Origin: Dermatophilaceae bacterium
GTDB taxonomy: Bacteria; Actinomycetota; Actinomycetes; Actinomycetales; Dermatophilaceae
Assembly (NCBI GenBank): GCA_039812545.1
Contig: JBDIAR010000001.1
Span: 1,946-65,945, forward strand
Reading direction: 5' to 3'
DNA length: 64,000 nt
Of this stretch, positions 1 through 9,484 are shown piece by piece. The stretch's first letter is position 1, and each line of letters starts with the position of its first letter. The notes below the pieces were generated by a model, which did no database searches, was not told where the DNA came from, and saw nothing but the letters and a program-made list of their open reading frames with translations. Made by a program: the position numbers and the translations under genes.

Positions 1-1
1 C

Positions 2-1060
2 GCCTTCATCTCCCCGGTCATCGCGGCCAAGGCCAACGGCGGCATCGGTGCCGCGCTCTGCGGCATCGTCGCCACCGGCGCCGTGCTGTTGGCGATCGGC
101 TTCATCGTCGACCGATTCGGTTCGCACTGGATCAACGTCCTCATGCCGCCGGCGGTCACCGGAGCCATCGTCGCCCTCATCGGGTTGAACCTCGCCCCCG
201 TGGCCGTGGGCAACTTCCAGAAGCAGGGACTGACGGCCTTCATCACGATGACCGCGATCGTCATCTTCAGCGTCGCGCTGCCGGGCTTCCTCGGCCGGAT
301 TTCGGTGCTGCTCGGGGTCATCGTCGGCTATCTCGTCGCCGTCCCGCAGGGGCAGCTCGACCTGGCCACCGCCTGGGACAATGCCGCCTGGCTCGGTTTC
401 CCCGAGTTCCACGCCCCCTCGTGGAACCTGCGCGCGATCTTCTTGATCGTCCCGGTCGTGCTCGTCCTCATCGCCGAGAACACCGGACACGTCAAGGCGG
501 TCGGCTCGATGACCGGTCGCAACATGGATGCCTCGCTCGGCCGGGCCTACATGGGCGACGGTGCGGCAACGATGATCGCCGGCATCGGCGGTGGCTCGGG
601 CACGACGACGTACGCCGAGAACATCGGCGTCATGGCGGCTACCCGGGTCTACTCGACGGCGGCCTACCTGGCAGCCGGTGGGTTCGCGATCTGCCTGGCG
701 ATGATCCCGAAGTTCGGGGCGCTCATCCTCAGCATCCCGATCGGCGTCCTGGGTGGTGCGACCATCGTCCTCTACGGTCTGATCGCCGTCCTCGGCGGCC
801 GGATCTGGGTCGAGGGCAAGGTCGACTTCAAGAACCCCGTCAACCTCTTCCCCGCCGCGGTCGGCCTCATCATCGGCGCCGCCGACATGAAGTGGGCCTT
901 CGGCGACTTCGAGTTCAACGGCATCGCGCTCGGGTCGTTCGGCTGCATCATCGCCTACCACCTGATGAACTTCTTTGCCAAGCACGGGCCGACCAAGGGC
1001 GAGCTGTACCTGCCTCCGCCGGAGAAGCCCGCCGACTTCGCCATGCGCCGCACCGGCTGA
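2..1060 (+). CDS. NCS2-family nucleobase (uracil/xanthine-type) permease, 5' end cut by window edge
   Basis: Frame is open from base 2 (AFISPVIAAKANGG...) into ORF 83..1060. Polytopic Gly/Ala/Ile/Leu-rich protein containing GTTTYAENIGVMAATRVYS, the NCS2 signature region. GC-rich third codon positions. Confidence 0.8.
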   Translation, partial: AFISPVIAAKANGGIGAALCGIVATGAVLLAIGFIVDRFGSHWINVLMPPAVTGAIVALIGLNLAPVAVGNFQKQGLTAFITMTAIVIFSVALPGFLGRISVLLGVIVGYLVAVPQGQLDLATAWDNAAWLGFPEFHAPSWNLRAIFLIVPVVLVLIAENTGHVKAVGSMTGRNMDASLGRAYMGDGAATMIAGIGGGSGTTTYAENIGVMAATRVYSTAAYLAAGGFAICLAMIPKFGALILSIPIGVLGGATIVLYGLIAVLGGRIWVEGKVDFKNPVNLFPAAVGLIIGAADMKWAFGDFEFNGIALGSFGCIIAYHLMNFFAKHGPTKGELYLPPPEKPADFAMRRTG

Positions 1061-1148
1061 CCGGATCGGCTCCCCGGCGCGCCGCCGGGGAGCCGACCCG
1101 CACCCGCATACCCTCCCCCTCCCGCCCACCTCCCCCAAGGAGACGCCC

Positions 1149-1973
1149 ATGGCGGCCATCGTCGCCCAGAACTTCGATTATCGCGCCCCCGCCACGATGT
1201 CCGAGCTCGTCCAGATCCTCGCCGACACCGAGGGTGCCCGCGTGCTGGCGGGCGGCACGGATCTGCTCGTCGAGCTGCGCAACGGCCTGTCCCGGCCCCG
1301 CCTTCTCGTCGACCTGAAACGGATCCCGGGCGTCAGCGAGATCCGGTGGTCGAGCGAGGAGGGCCTGCACATCGGCCCGGGGGTCACCATCAACGAGCTG
1401 CTGCGCAGCCCCGAGGTCGCCGAGCACTACCCGCTGCTGGCCGCCTGTGGGCACGACTTGGCCTCCCACCAGATCCGCAACCGGGCGACGGTCGTCGGCA
1501 ATATCGTCAACGCCTCCCCGTGCGCCGACATGGCTCCGGGCCTGCTCTGCCTGCAGGGCAGCGCGGTCGTCACCTCGGTGCGCGGCGAGCGCACCGTGCC
1601 GTTGCGCGAGTTCTTCACCGGGGTCAAGCGCACCGTGCTCGCCAAAGACGAGGTCCTCTCGCGGCTGGTCGTGCCGGTCGAGTTCGCCGGCGGGCGTGGG
1701 GGTTACCGCAAGCTCAAGCGCATCCAGGGCCACGACCTCGGCATCGTCGGCGTCGCGATGTGGAAGAAGGACGGGGAGTTGCGGATGGGGATCAGCTCGG
1801 CCGCTCCCACGCCCCTCGTCGTGACGGGGCTGCGTGAGGACGACGCGGCCGACCACATCGTCGAGGCGGCCCGCGCCGCCATCAGCCCGATCAGCGACGT
1901 CCGCTGCACGGCCGACTACCGCACCCACATGGTGCAGGTCTATGCCCGTCGACTCCTGGAGGAGGTGGCCTGA
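1149..1973 (+). CDS. Molybdenum hydroxylase (xanthine dehydrogenase/CO dehydrogenase family) FAD-binding medium subunit, CoxM-like
   Basis: ATG 1149 is preceded by AAGGAG. MAAIVAQNFDYRAP...ARVLAGGTDLLVELRNG matches the FAD-binding subunit fold. Its stop overlaps the next start (TGATG). Confidence 0.85.
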   Translation: MAAIVAQNFDYRAPATMSELVQILADTEGARVLAGGTDLLVELRNGLSRPRLLVDLKRIPGVSEIRWSSEEGLHIGPGVTINELLRSPEVAEHYPLLAACGHDLASHQIRNRATVVGNIVNASPCADMAPGLLCLQGSAVVTSVRGERTVPLREFFTGVKRTVLAKDEVLSRLVVPVEFAGGRGGYRKLKRIQGHDLGIVGVAMWKKDGELRMGISSAAPTPLVVTGLREDDAADHIVEAARAAISPISDVRCTADYRTHMVQVYARRLLEEVA

Positions 1974-2464
1974 TGCGAGTGACCGTGACAATCAACGGCG
2001 AGGTGTACGAACGCGACACCCCGGGGCATCGGACCCTGCTGGAATTTCTGCGCAACGACACCGGCCTGACCGGCACGAAGGAGGGCTGCGCGGCCGGCGA
2101 GTGCGGCGCGTGCACCGTCATCTTCAACGGGCAGGCCGTCAACGCCTGCATGGTCCTGGCCGCCGAGATCGACGGCGCCCGGATCGAGACCATCGAGGGT
2201 GAGGCCACCGGCGGTGACCTGTCGGACCTACAGCGCGCCTTCGTCCGCGGTCAGTCGATCCAGTGCGGGTTCTGCACGCCGGGGATGGTCATGTCGATCC
2301 GGGATCTGTTGCGGGAGAACCCCACTCCCGACGTCGACGAGATCAAGGAACGCATCGAGGGCAACTTCTGCCGGTGCACGGGCTACCAGCAGATCATCGA
2401 GGCGGTCCTCGACGTGACCGGCCAGTTGACCGACGCCAACCGGGGGGAGCTCCGCCATGTCTGA
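1973..2464 (+). CDS. Molybdenum hydroxylase [2Fe-2S] small subunit, CoxS-like
   Basis: 163 aa with both Cys clusters: GCAAGECGACTV and CGFCTPGM...CRCTGY. Confidence 0.9.
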   Translation: MRVTVTINGEVYERDTPGHRTLLEFLRNDTGLTGTKEGCAAGECGACTVIFNGQAVNACMVLAAEIDGARIETIEGEATGGDLSDLQRAFVRGQSIQCGFCTPGMVMSIRDLLRENPTPDVDEIKERIEGNFCRCTGYQQIIEAVLDVTGQLTDANRGELRHV

Positions 2465-5072
2465 CCTGCTCACGCCCGACGTGCGCGCCGACTCCGGCGA
2501 CTCCCACGACGACTCCCGCGGCGGCCAGCAGCTGCCGCGCGAGACCTCCCCGCAACTGTCCAACGAACCCGGCACGTCCTCGGAGAAGGGCGAGATCGAC
2601 GAGGTGGTCACCGAGGCCGCCGGCACCGACCGGGTCGCCACGCCGCCGGCCAGTTACATCGGCGCCGACGTCCCGCGCGTCGAAGCCGTCGACAAGGTGA
2701 CCGGCCGCGCCGTGTATGCCAGTGACCTCATCGTGCCCGGCATGCTCTACGCCAAGGTCAAGGAGAGCCCGCATGCCCGGGCCCGGATCGTCTCCATCGA
2801 CACGAGTAAGGCGGAGGCGCTCGCGGGCGTCCGCGCCGTCCTCGTCGGCGAGGAGTTGAACTACAAGCTCGGCCTCTACGTCGTCGACAAGGACATCCTC
2901 GCCAAGAACGAGGTCCGCCACTACGGCGAGGCCGTCGCCGCGGTCGCCGCGGACACTCTCGAAATCGCCTCCGCCGCAGTCGAACTCATCGAGGTCGAAT
3001 ACGAGGTCCAAAAGCCCATCCTCAACCAGGTCGACGCCCTGGCGGACGACGCCCCGCTCGTGCACCCCGACCTCGGGGAGTACTCCTACGTCGAGGCGGC
3101 CTTCAGCCCCCAGCCCGGCACCAACGTCCCGAACCTCACCCGGATGCGCAAGGGCGACGTCGAGCGCGGCTTCGAGGAGTCCGAGTTCGTCATCGAGCGG
3201 GAGTACACCAACCCCTCGGTCCAGCACGTCCCCATGGAGACCCACGTCGCCATCGTCGAGTGGCGGCCCGGCGATGACGTGACCATCTGGTCGAGCGCGC
3301 AGTCGCCGTTCACCGTGCGCAACCTGTTCTGCATCGCCTTCGGCCTGCCGCTGTCGAAGGTGCGCGTCATCATCCCGCATGTCGGCGGCGGCTTCGGCGG
3401 CAAGGCCGGCATCCATCTGGAACCCCTGCTCGCCTGCCTCTCCCGCAAGGCCGGCGGCCGGCCGGTGAAGTTCCAGGCCACCCGCGAAGAAGAGTTCAGC
3501 CTGCTGCCGTGCCGGTCGGCGTTGACCTACCGGATCAAGACCGGGGTCAGCGCCGAGGGCAAGATCCTCGCCCAGCAGATGACGATGTTCTGGGACGCCG
3601 GTGCGTATGCCGATTACGCCGTCAACGTCACGCGCGCCTCGTCCTACTCGGGCGGGGGTCCCTACTACCTGCCCAATGCCTGGCTGGACGCGTACACGAT
3701 CTACACGAACAAGCCGTACGGCACGGCATACCGGGGGTTCGGGCATGTCGAGTTCTTCTGGGGACTCGAGCGCCACATGGAACTCGTCGCCGAGGCCATC
3801 GACATGGACCCGCTCGAGTTCCGCCGCAAGAACATCCTGCGCCCGGGCGACACGACCATGACCGGTGAGGTCATCACCGAGAACACCGGAAACCCGTTGC
3901 GCTGCCTCGAGGCCGCGGCGGAGATGATCGGGTACGGCGCGCTCACCGACGAGGAACGGGCATACGAGGAGCAGACCGGACGCAAGGTCGGCAAGGGGGT
4001 CGCAACCTTGCACAAGGCGCCGGCCATGCCCTCGTTCACGGGCACGGCCGCGGTCTTGCGGATGAACTCCGACGGGACCGTCGTGCTCAACTTCTCGCTC
4101 ACCGAGATCGGCCAGGGGTCGGCGACCGTCATGGGGCAGATCGTGGCCGAGCGGCTTCGGATCCCCTTCGACTTCGTCAAGGTGGCGGTCGAGAAGGACA
4201 CCGATCACGATCCCTACGACTGGCAGACGGTTGCCTCCAAGGGCACGATCTTGTCGGGCAACGCGGTGATCCTCGCGTGCGACGACCTGTTGCACAAGGC
4301 ATACCAGGATGCGGCCCAGGTGCTGCGGGCGTCGACCTACGACCTCGACCACCGCGACGGGGCCATCTTCGTCAAGCACCACCCGAGTCACCGGGTGACC
4401 TTCGCGGAGCTGGCGATCGGGTATGCCTTCCCGAACGGCAATGCCATCGGCGGACCGCTCGTGGGCGTGGGTCGGTATGTCGCGCAGGGCCTGAGCAATA
4501 TCGACAAGGAGACGGGCCAGGGCAACCCGGCGCTCGACTGGACCTACGGCGCGCACGGTGTCGTCGTCGGGGTGGATCCCGACTCCGGCGAGTTCGACGT
4601 GCTGAAGATCAGTTCGGTCTACGACGTCGGCAAGACCCTGAACGCGGGCATGGTCCGGGGTCAGTGCATCGGCGGCATGGTGCAGGGCCTCGGGACGGCG
4701 CTGTGCGAGGGGTACATCTTCGACGACAAGGGGCGGCTGCTCAATCCGTCGTTCACCGACAACAAGATCCCGACGGCCAAGGATCTGCCGTTGGTCATCG
4801 AGACCGCGGTGGTCGAGACCGAGCAGCTCGACGGGCCGTATGGCGCCCGCGGCGTCGGCGAGCACCCGATGATCTCGGTGGCGCCGGCCATCGGCAACGC
4901 CATCGGTGCGGCCACCGGCGCGCAACTGCTGAACATGCCGATCCGTGCCGAGGACGTCTGGCGGGCGATGCGCGATTTGGAACCCATCGACAACTGGATC
5001 ACCAAATCGCCGGCGGGCCACTGCCGGTCGGCGCGGGTCATCGGTTCGCCGCGGGTGGCCGAAGGCACCTGA
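2457..5072 (+). CDS. Molybdenum hydroxylase molybdopterin-binding large subunit (xanthine dehydrogenase family), with an acidic ~60 aa N-terminal extension
   Basis: 871 aa. Motifs KVTGRAVYASD, HVGGGFGGKAG and GTAYRGFGH. Overlaps the small-subunit stop by 8 nt. Confidence 0.9.
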   Translation: MSDLLTPDVRADSGDSHDDSRGGQQLPRETSPQLSNEPGTSSEKGEIDEVVTEAAGTDRVATPPASYIGADVPRVEAVDKVTGRAVYASDLIVPGMLYAKVKESPHARARIVSIDTSKAEALAGVRAVLVGEELNYKLGLYVVDKDILAKNEVRHYGEAVAAVAADTLEIASAAVELIEVEYEVQKPILNQVDALADDAPLVHPDLGEYSYVEAAFSPQPGTNVPNLTRMRKGDVERGFEESEFVIEREYTNPSVQHVPMETHVAIVEWRPGDDVTIWSSAQSPFTVRNLFCIAFGLPLSKVRVIIPHVGGGFGGKAGIHLEPLLACLSRKAGGRPVKFQATREEEFSLLPCRSALTYRIKTGVSAEGKILAQQMTMFWDAGAYADYAVNVTRASSYSGGGPYYLPNAWLDAYTIYTNKPYGTAYRGFGHVEFFWGLERHMELVAEAIDMDPLEFRRKNILRPGDTTMTGEVITENTGNPLRCLEAAAEMIGYGALTDEERAYEEQTGRKVGKGVATLHKAPAMPSFTGTAAVLRMNSDGTVVLNFSLTEIGQGSATVMGQIVAERLRIPFDFVKVAVEKDTDHDPYDWQTVASKGTILSGNAVILACDDLLHKAYQDAAQVLRASTYDLDHRDGAIFVKHHPSHRVTFAELAIGYAFPNGNAIGGPLVGVGRYVAQGLSNIDKETGQGNPALDWTYGAHGVVVGVDPDSGEFDVLKISSVYDVGKTLNAGMVRGQCIGGMVQGLGTALCEGYIFDDKGRLLNPSFTDNKIPTAKDLPLVIETAVVETEQLDGPYGARGVGEHPMISVAPAIGNAIGAATGAQLLNMPIRAEDVWRAMRDLEPIDNWITKSPAGHCRSARVIGSPRVAEGT

Positions 5073-5143
5073 GGCGCTCCGCCCAGGGCGGCTGAGTCTG
5101 ACCCGCCGAGGCCCTGTTTCTTCGGGTCGGAGGTAATCGGGTT

Positions 5144-5184
5144 GGAGGTAATAGCGGACGCTACGAGCGTCCGCTATTACCTCC
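5144..5184. repeat. REP-like perfect palindrome (copy 1), probable bidirectional terminator; an extra GGAGGTAAT half-site lies at 5129-5137
   Basis: GGAGGTAATAGCGGACGCT (5144-5162), loop ACG, AGCGTCCGCTATTACCTCC (5166-5184): 19-bp perfect stem. Sits between convergent genes. A related copy is at 31205-31253. Confidence 0.8.
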
Positions 5185-6342
5185 ACTCGCGGGGGTAGCG
5201 CGCGGAACGGCCGTCTTGCGGGCGGCGCGTTTGGTCGTGGTGCCGTGACTGGCCGACCTGCGGCCGGTCGCCGGGGTGCCGCTGGTGGCGGGGTCGGGCT
5301 CGGGCGTGCCGCCGGACTGAGCAGCCAGCGCAGTCGGGTCGACGTCGGGACCGGCCTGCGGCCCGCCGTCCTTGCCGGCCTTCCCCGTGTCGCCCTTCGT
5401 GTTTCCCTCGCCCTTGTCTGGCTTGGCCGGCTTGGCGTCCCCGTCCTTGGCTTCCTTGCCCTTGCCCTTGCCCTTGGTCTTGCTCTTGTCGGTGTCGTTG
5501 TGGTCGAGCAGGGTGTCGGCGTAGTCCGGGACATAGCGCTGCGAATTGCGCGGCGGCCGCAGGTAGTCCCTCGCCTCCGGCCGGGTCGGGATCTCGACCG
5601 TCGGCGGTTGCAGATGCAGATAGGGCACCGAGTCGAGCAGATGCCGGATCACATTGATCCGCGAGCGCTTCTTGTCCTCGCTCTCCACGACGAACCACGG
5701 CGAACTCGGCAGATCGGTGTGCGCGAACATCCGGTCCTTGGCCCGCGAGTAGTCCTCCCAGCGGGTGATCGACTCGACGTCCATGGGGGAGAGCTTCCAC
5801 CGGCGCATCGGGTCGTCCCGCCGGGACCGGAATCGGCGCTCCTGCTCGACGTCGGAGACCGAGAACCAGTACTTGCGCAACATGATTCCGTCGTCGATGA
5901 GCATCTGTTCGAACACCGGCACCTGGCGCAGGAAGCGCTCGTACTCCACGTCGGTGCAAAAGCCCATCACGCGTTCGACTCCGGCGCGGTTGTACCAGGA
6001 GCGGTCGAAGACGACGATCTCCCCGGCCGCCGGGAGGTGTTCGACGTAGCGCTGGAAGTACCACTGCGTCTTCTGCCGGTCGCTCGGAGAGGGCAGCGCC
6101 GCGATCCGGACCCATCGCGGATTGAGGTACTCGGTCATCCGCTTGATCGCCGAACCCTTCCCCGCGGCGTCGCGTCCCTCGCAGATGACGACCAGTCGAT
6201 TGCCGGTCTGCTGGACCCACGCCTGCATGGTGACCAATTCGGCCTGCAGGTGCGCCAATTCGGCTTCGTACCGCTCTTTGGGCAGCTTGCGCATTCTGAT
6301 TCGGTCGGCCTCGGTGCCTTCTGGTCCGGTCATGGCCGACAT
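5161..6342 (-). CDS. ppk2: Polyphosphate kinase 2 (PPK2) with a ~110 aa Lys/Gly/Pro-rich C-terminal tail
   Basis: VVICEGRDAAGKGSAIKRMTEYLNPR (Walker A), FDRSWYNRAGVERVMGF and a PPK2 lid region. Tail is DKSKTKGKGKGKEAKDGDAKPAKPDKG... Confidence 0.9.
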   Translation of the reverse strand: MSAMTGPEGTEADRIRMRKLPKERYEAELAHLQAELVTMQAWVQQTGNRLVVICEGRDAAGKGSAIKRMTEYLNPRWVRIAALPSPSDRQKTQWYFQRYVEHLPAAGEIVVFDRSWYNRAGVERVMGFCTDVEYERFLRQVPVFEQMLIDDGIMLRKYWFSVSDVEQERRFRSRRDDPMRRWKLSPMDVESITRWEDYSRAKDRMFAHTDLPSSPWFVVESEDKKRSRINVIRHLLDSVPYLHLQPPTVEIPTRPEARDYLRPPRNSQRYVPDYADTLLDHNDTDKSKTKGKGKGKEAKDGDAKPAKPDKGEGNTKGDTGKAGKDGGPQAGPDVDPTALAAQSGGTPEPDPATSGTPATGRRSASHGTTTKRAARKTAVPRATPASGGNSGRS

Positions 6343-6421
6343 TCTCTGCCCTGGAGACCCCGTGCGTCACCCCCCGGCCCACTGCTCGACCGATCGGAAT
6401 CGGCCGCCCGAGCGGGCTGGG

Positions 6422-7717
6422 TCAGAGTTCGTCGGTCGGTTCGTGTTGTTCGGGATCCGGGACGTGACTAAGGGGCGGTATGCCGTGCGCTTGCTCCCAG
6501 CGCCGGTGCGCGACCCACAGCGCGATCGCCACGATCGTGAATCCCAGCGCACACCAAGCCAATCGGTGCGGGTCTTGGGTGACGATCGGTGAGATCGCCC
6601 CGGCGATCAGCGCGTTGAGGAGCAGCGCGGTCACGGACTGCATCGAGGCCGCCGCCCCCCGCGCCGCCGGGAACATGTCGAGCAGCGCGATGCTGATCAC
6701 CGGGAAGGCCAGCGAGACACCGAATGCGCCGATCGACGGACCCGTGACGGCCCATGGCAGGACCGCTCCGCCGACGAGCATCGCCTGGGTGACGTTGACG
6801 ATGCCGCCGACCAGGCATACCGACAACCCGATCGAGGCCATCCGGGTCGCAGCCATCCGGTCGGCCAGCCGCCCCGCCGTCCACGACCCGAGCGACATAC
6901 AGCCCACCACGGGGACGAAGAGCACCCAGAAGTCGCGTTCGCCGAGCCCGAGGATGCCGGTGACGAAGACCGGGGCCGAGGAGATGTACAGGAACAGCGC
7001 CGCGAAGTTCGCCGCAGCCGCCGCCGAAAGCCGTTGGAAGGGAACGTTCTTGCCGACCCGCCAGATCCCGGCCACGACCGACCGGACCCGAAGTGGCGTG
7101 CGGCGGTGCGCGGGTTGGGTTTCTGGGAGGAAGGCGGCCGTCAGTGCGCTGAGCCCTGCACCGTATGCCGCGAGGAACCAGAAGACGATCGGCCATGGGC
7201 CGAGCAGCAACAGCCAGCCGCCCACGATCGGGGCGATGGCCGGTGCGATGCCGAAGATGAGCATCACCTGGGACATCAGTCGTTGGGCGGCCGCACCTTC
7301 GAACAGGTCCCGCACGACGGCTCGCCCTACGATCATGCTCGCTCCGGCGCACACCCCCTGGGCGCCGCGCAGGATCAGCAACCAGGTCAGCGACGGGGAG
7401 AGCGCGCAGCCGGCGGAGGCGATGGCATACGCGGCGGTCCCGACGATGACGACGGGTCGCCGCCCCACGGCATCGGAAATCGGTCCGTGCAGAACGCTCA
7501 TCGCGGCGAAGGCGATCAGGTAGACGGACACGAGTTGCTGCAACTCCACCGGGCCGGCCGGGAGCGCGCGCCCCATCGACTCGAAGGCCGGGAACATCGT
7601 GTCGATCGAGAACGGCCCGAGCATCGACATCGTCGCCAACAGCACCGTGATACCCAGACCGGCCCGCCCGGTGGCGGCGGGCTCGGGACCGGTCGGGCTG
7701 TTCGCGGCGGACGTCAC
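6422..7717 (-). CDS. MFS transporter, Bcr/CflA-type drug efflux family
   Basis: The C-terminal 431 codons of ORF 6422..8260 are 12-TM-like (LGPFSIDTMFPAF, DAVGRRPVVIVG). GTG 7717 is chosen so that TM1 (GLGITVLLATMSML) is included. Upstream ORF sequence is Arg/Pro-rich shadow. Confidence 0.75.
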   Translation of the reverse strand: MTSAANSPTGPEPAATGRAGLGITVLLATMSMLGPFSIDTMFPAFESMGRALPAGPVELQQLVSVYLIAFAAMSVLHGPISDAVGRRPVVIVGTAAYAIASAGCALSPSLTWLLILRGAQGVCAGASMIVGRAVVRDLFEGAAAQRLMSQVMLIFGIAPAIAPIVGGWLLLLGPWPIVFWFLAAYGAGLSALTAAFLPETQPAHRRTPLRVRSVVAGIWRVGKNVPFQRLSAAAAANFAALFLYISSAPVFVTGILGLGERDFWVLFVPVVGCMSLGSWTAGRLADRMAATRMASIGLSVCLVGGIVNVTQAMLVGGAVLPWAVTGPSIGAFGVSLAFPVISIALLDMFPAARGAAASMQSVTALLLNALIAGAISPIVTQDPHRLAWCALGFTIVAIALWVAHRRWEQAHGIPPLSHVPDPEQHEPTDEL

Positions 7718-7816
7718 GACGACCGATGATCCCCGGTCCGCGAGAGGGGGGCCAGCGCGGATCGCGGGTTGGTCGCCCCCAGGCCCGCGCCGGCCCGGAT
7801 CAGAGCGAGATACCGT

Positions 7817-8344
7817 ATGCCGGTGCTGCTGCCCGCTGCGACGCCGCGACTGCGGTTCCGCGAGATGATGCAGGCGGATCTGGACGAGGTGACCGCGTTG
7901 CTGTCGGCGCCCGATCCGGCCCGTCCGCATCGACGCACGCGCACCCGGGCCGACGCCGAGCGCTGGATCGCGTGGACCGTGCAGAACTACGCGACCCACG
8001 GATTCGGGCTGTGGGTCATCGAGACCCACGACGGTGTGTTCATCGGCGACTGCGGGCTGACCGTCCAGACGGTCGAGGGCGAGGACACGATCGAGGTCGG
8101 GTACCACGTCCATCTGGCGTACCGGCGGCGCGGGTTGGCCGGCGAGGCGGCGGGCTCGGTCCGGGACCTGGCTCGGGCCATGGGGGTGCGCGACCTGGTC
8201 GCGATCATCCGCCCCGACAACCTGCCCTCGCAGCGGGTCGCGGCGAAGGTCGGGCTGCACCCGATCCGTCGGGTGGTCAAGAACGGCGCCGACGCCCTGG
8301 TGTTCGCCGCGACGCTGAACCCGCCGTCGGACGTGGAACCATGA
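7817..8344 (+). CDS. GNAT-family N-acetyltransferase
   Basis: MPVLLPAATPRLRFREM...GFGLWVIE...VGYHVHLAYRRRGLAGEAA (acetyl-CoA binding R-x-x-G-x-A). The ATG 7817 lies inside a GTATGCC word. Stop overlaps the asparaginase start (ATGA). Confidence 0.8.
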   Translation: MPVLLPAATPRLRFREMMQADLDEVTALLSAPDPARPHRRTRTRADAERWIAWTVQNYATHGFGLWVIETHDGVFIGDCGLTVQTVEGEDTIEVGYHVHLAYRRRGLAGEAAGSVRDLARAMGVRDLVAIIRPDNLPSQRVAAKVGLHPIRRVVKNGADALVFAATLNPPSDVEP

Positions 8345-9366
8345 CGGTCATGGACCGCCCCAGGATCGCCGTCGTCGGAACCGGCGGCACGATCGCCGGC
8401 TCGGCCGCGGCCACCCACGACAAGGCCTACCTGGCGGGAGTCGCCCGTGTCGGCGAGCTCCTCGCCGCCGTCCCGGCCCTCGAGGGGATCGCCGACCTGT
8501 CCGCCCTCGACCTGGTCAACCTCGATTCGGTCGACCTCACATCGGCCGATCGGCTGCGGATCGCGCACACCGTCGCGGGCCTGCTCGATCCGGACCCGGC
8601 CGAAGGACGCCCGGTCGACGGGGTCGTCGTCACGCACGGCACCGACACCCTGGAGGAGACTGCGGTCCTGCTTCACCTGGGGATCCGGTCGGCGGCCCCC
8701 GTCGTGCTCGTGGGGGCGATGCGACCGGCCGACGCCCCGGGCGCCGACGGTCCGGCCAATCTGCTCGACGCCGTCGTCGTCGCCGCCGATCCGACGAGCC
8801 GCGGCCGAGGTCCAGTCGTGGTGATGGACGGTCAGATCCTGGCGGCGCGCGACGTGGCGAAGCAGGCGAGCGACGGTGGCTACCGGTTCGGCTCGCCGGC
8901 CGGCGCCCTCGGGGTGGTCAGCGGCGGGCGGGTCCACTGGCGCCGCGACCTCACGGCCCCCCATGCGCAGCACGCCCTGGTTGACGTGCGTGGCATCGAC
9001 GCGCTGCCTCGAGTCGAGGCGTTCCTCGCCCATCCGGATCTGACGCCGGAGCTCTTCGAGGCGTATACGGTGGCCGCCGGTGCCGCGAGAACGCGCGGGT
9101 TGGTGCTCGTCGGACCGGGGTCGGCGGGTATGCCGGGCCGGCTGCGCGAGAGCGTGCGAGCCGCGGTGGCGCGCGGCCTGGTCGTCGTGCGCGCGTCGCG
9201 GGTGACCGGTGGTGCCGCGCGGGCGAAGGGTTCGGTGGATGACGACGACTGGCATACGGTGGCGGCCGGAGACTTCGATGCCGCCAAGGCTCGCATGGTG
9301 CTCGCCGTCGCGCTCACCGAGGGGTCGGACCGGGTGCGCGTGCAAGAATTCTTCGACCGGGCGTAG
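8341..9366 (+). CDS. L-asparaginase
   Basis: MTVMDRPRIAVVGTGGTIAG (catalytic TGGTIAG) and VVVTHGTDTLEETA (second Thr motif). Confidence 0.85.
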   Translation: MTVMDRPRIAVVGTGGTIAGSAAATHDKAYLAGVARVGELLAAVPALEGIADLSALDLVNLDSVDLTSADRLRIAHTVAGLLDPDPAEGRPVDGVVVTHGTDTLEETAVLLHLGIRSAAPVVLVGAMRPADAPGADGPANLLDAVVVAADPTSRGRGPVVVMDGQILAARDVAKQASDGGYRFGSPAGALGVVSGGRVHWRRDLTAPHAQHALVDVRGIDALPRVEAFLAHPDLTPELFEAYTVAAGAARTRGLVLVGPGSAGMPGRLRESVRAAVARGLVVVRASRVTGGAARAKGSVDDDDWHTVAAGDFDAAKARMVLAVALTEGSDRVRVQEFFDRA

Positions 9367-9484
9367 ATGGCGAATAAAAGTTGCAAATCCAGCAAAACGG
9401 ACAGAAGGGCGGAAAGGTCGGGCCATCTTCATGATTTCTTCATAATGCCTTGACCGAACCCGTTGAGTATGCGGGCCAGGATGG

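Noticed and set aside
2394-5534. Very long antisense or alternative-frame ORFs. Examples: 2394..5534 minus (1046 aa), 13753..15951 plus, 34240..36195 minus, 35753..37318 minus, 39926..42028 plus, 47021..49576 plus and 57801..60020 plus.
   Set aside because: They lie opposite or out of frame with genes that have clear family motifs. They are Arg/Pro/Gly/Asp-rich low-complexity translations typical of stop-codon-poor GC-rich DNA, and they lack recognisable domains.
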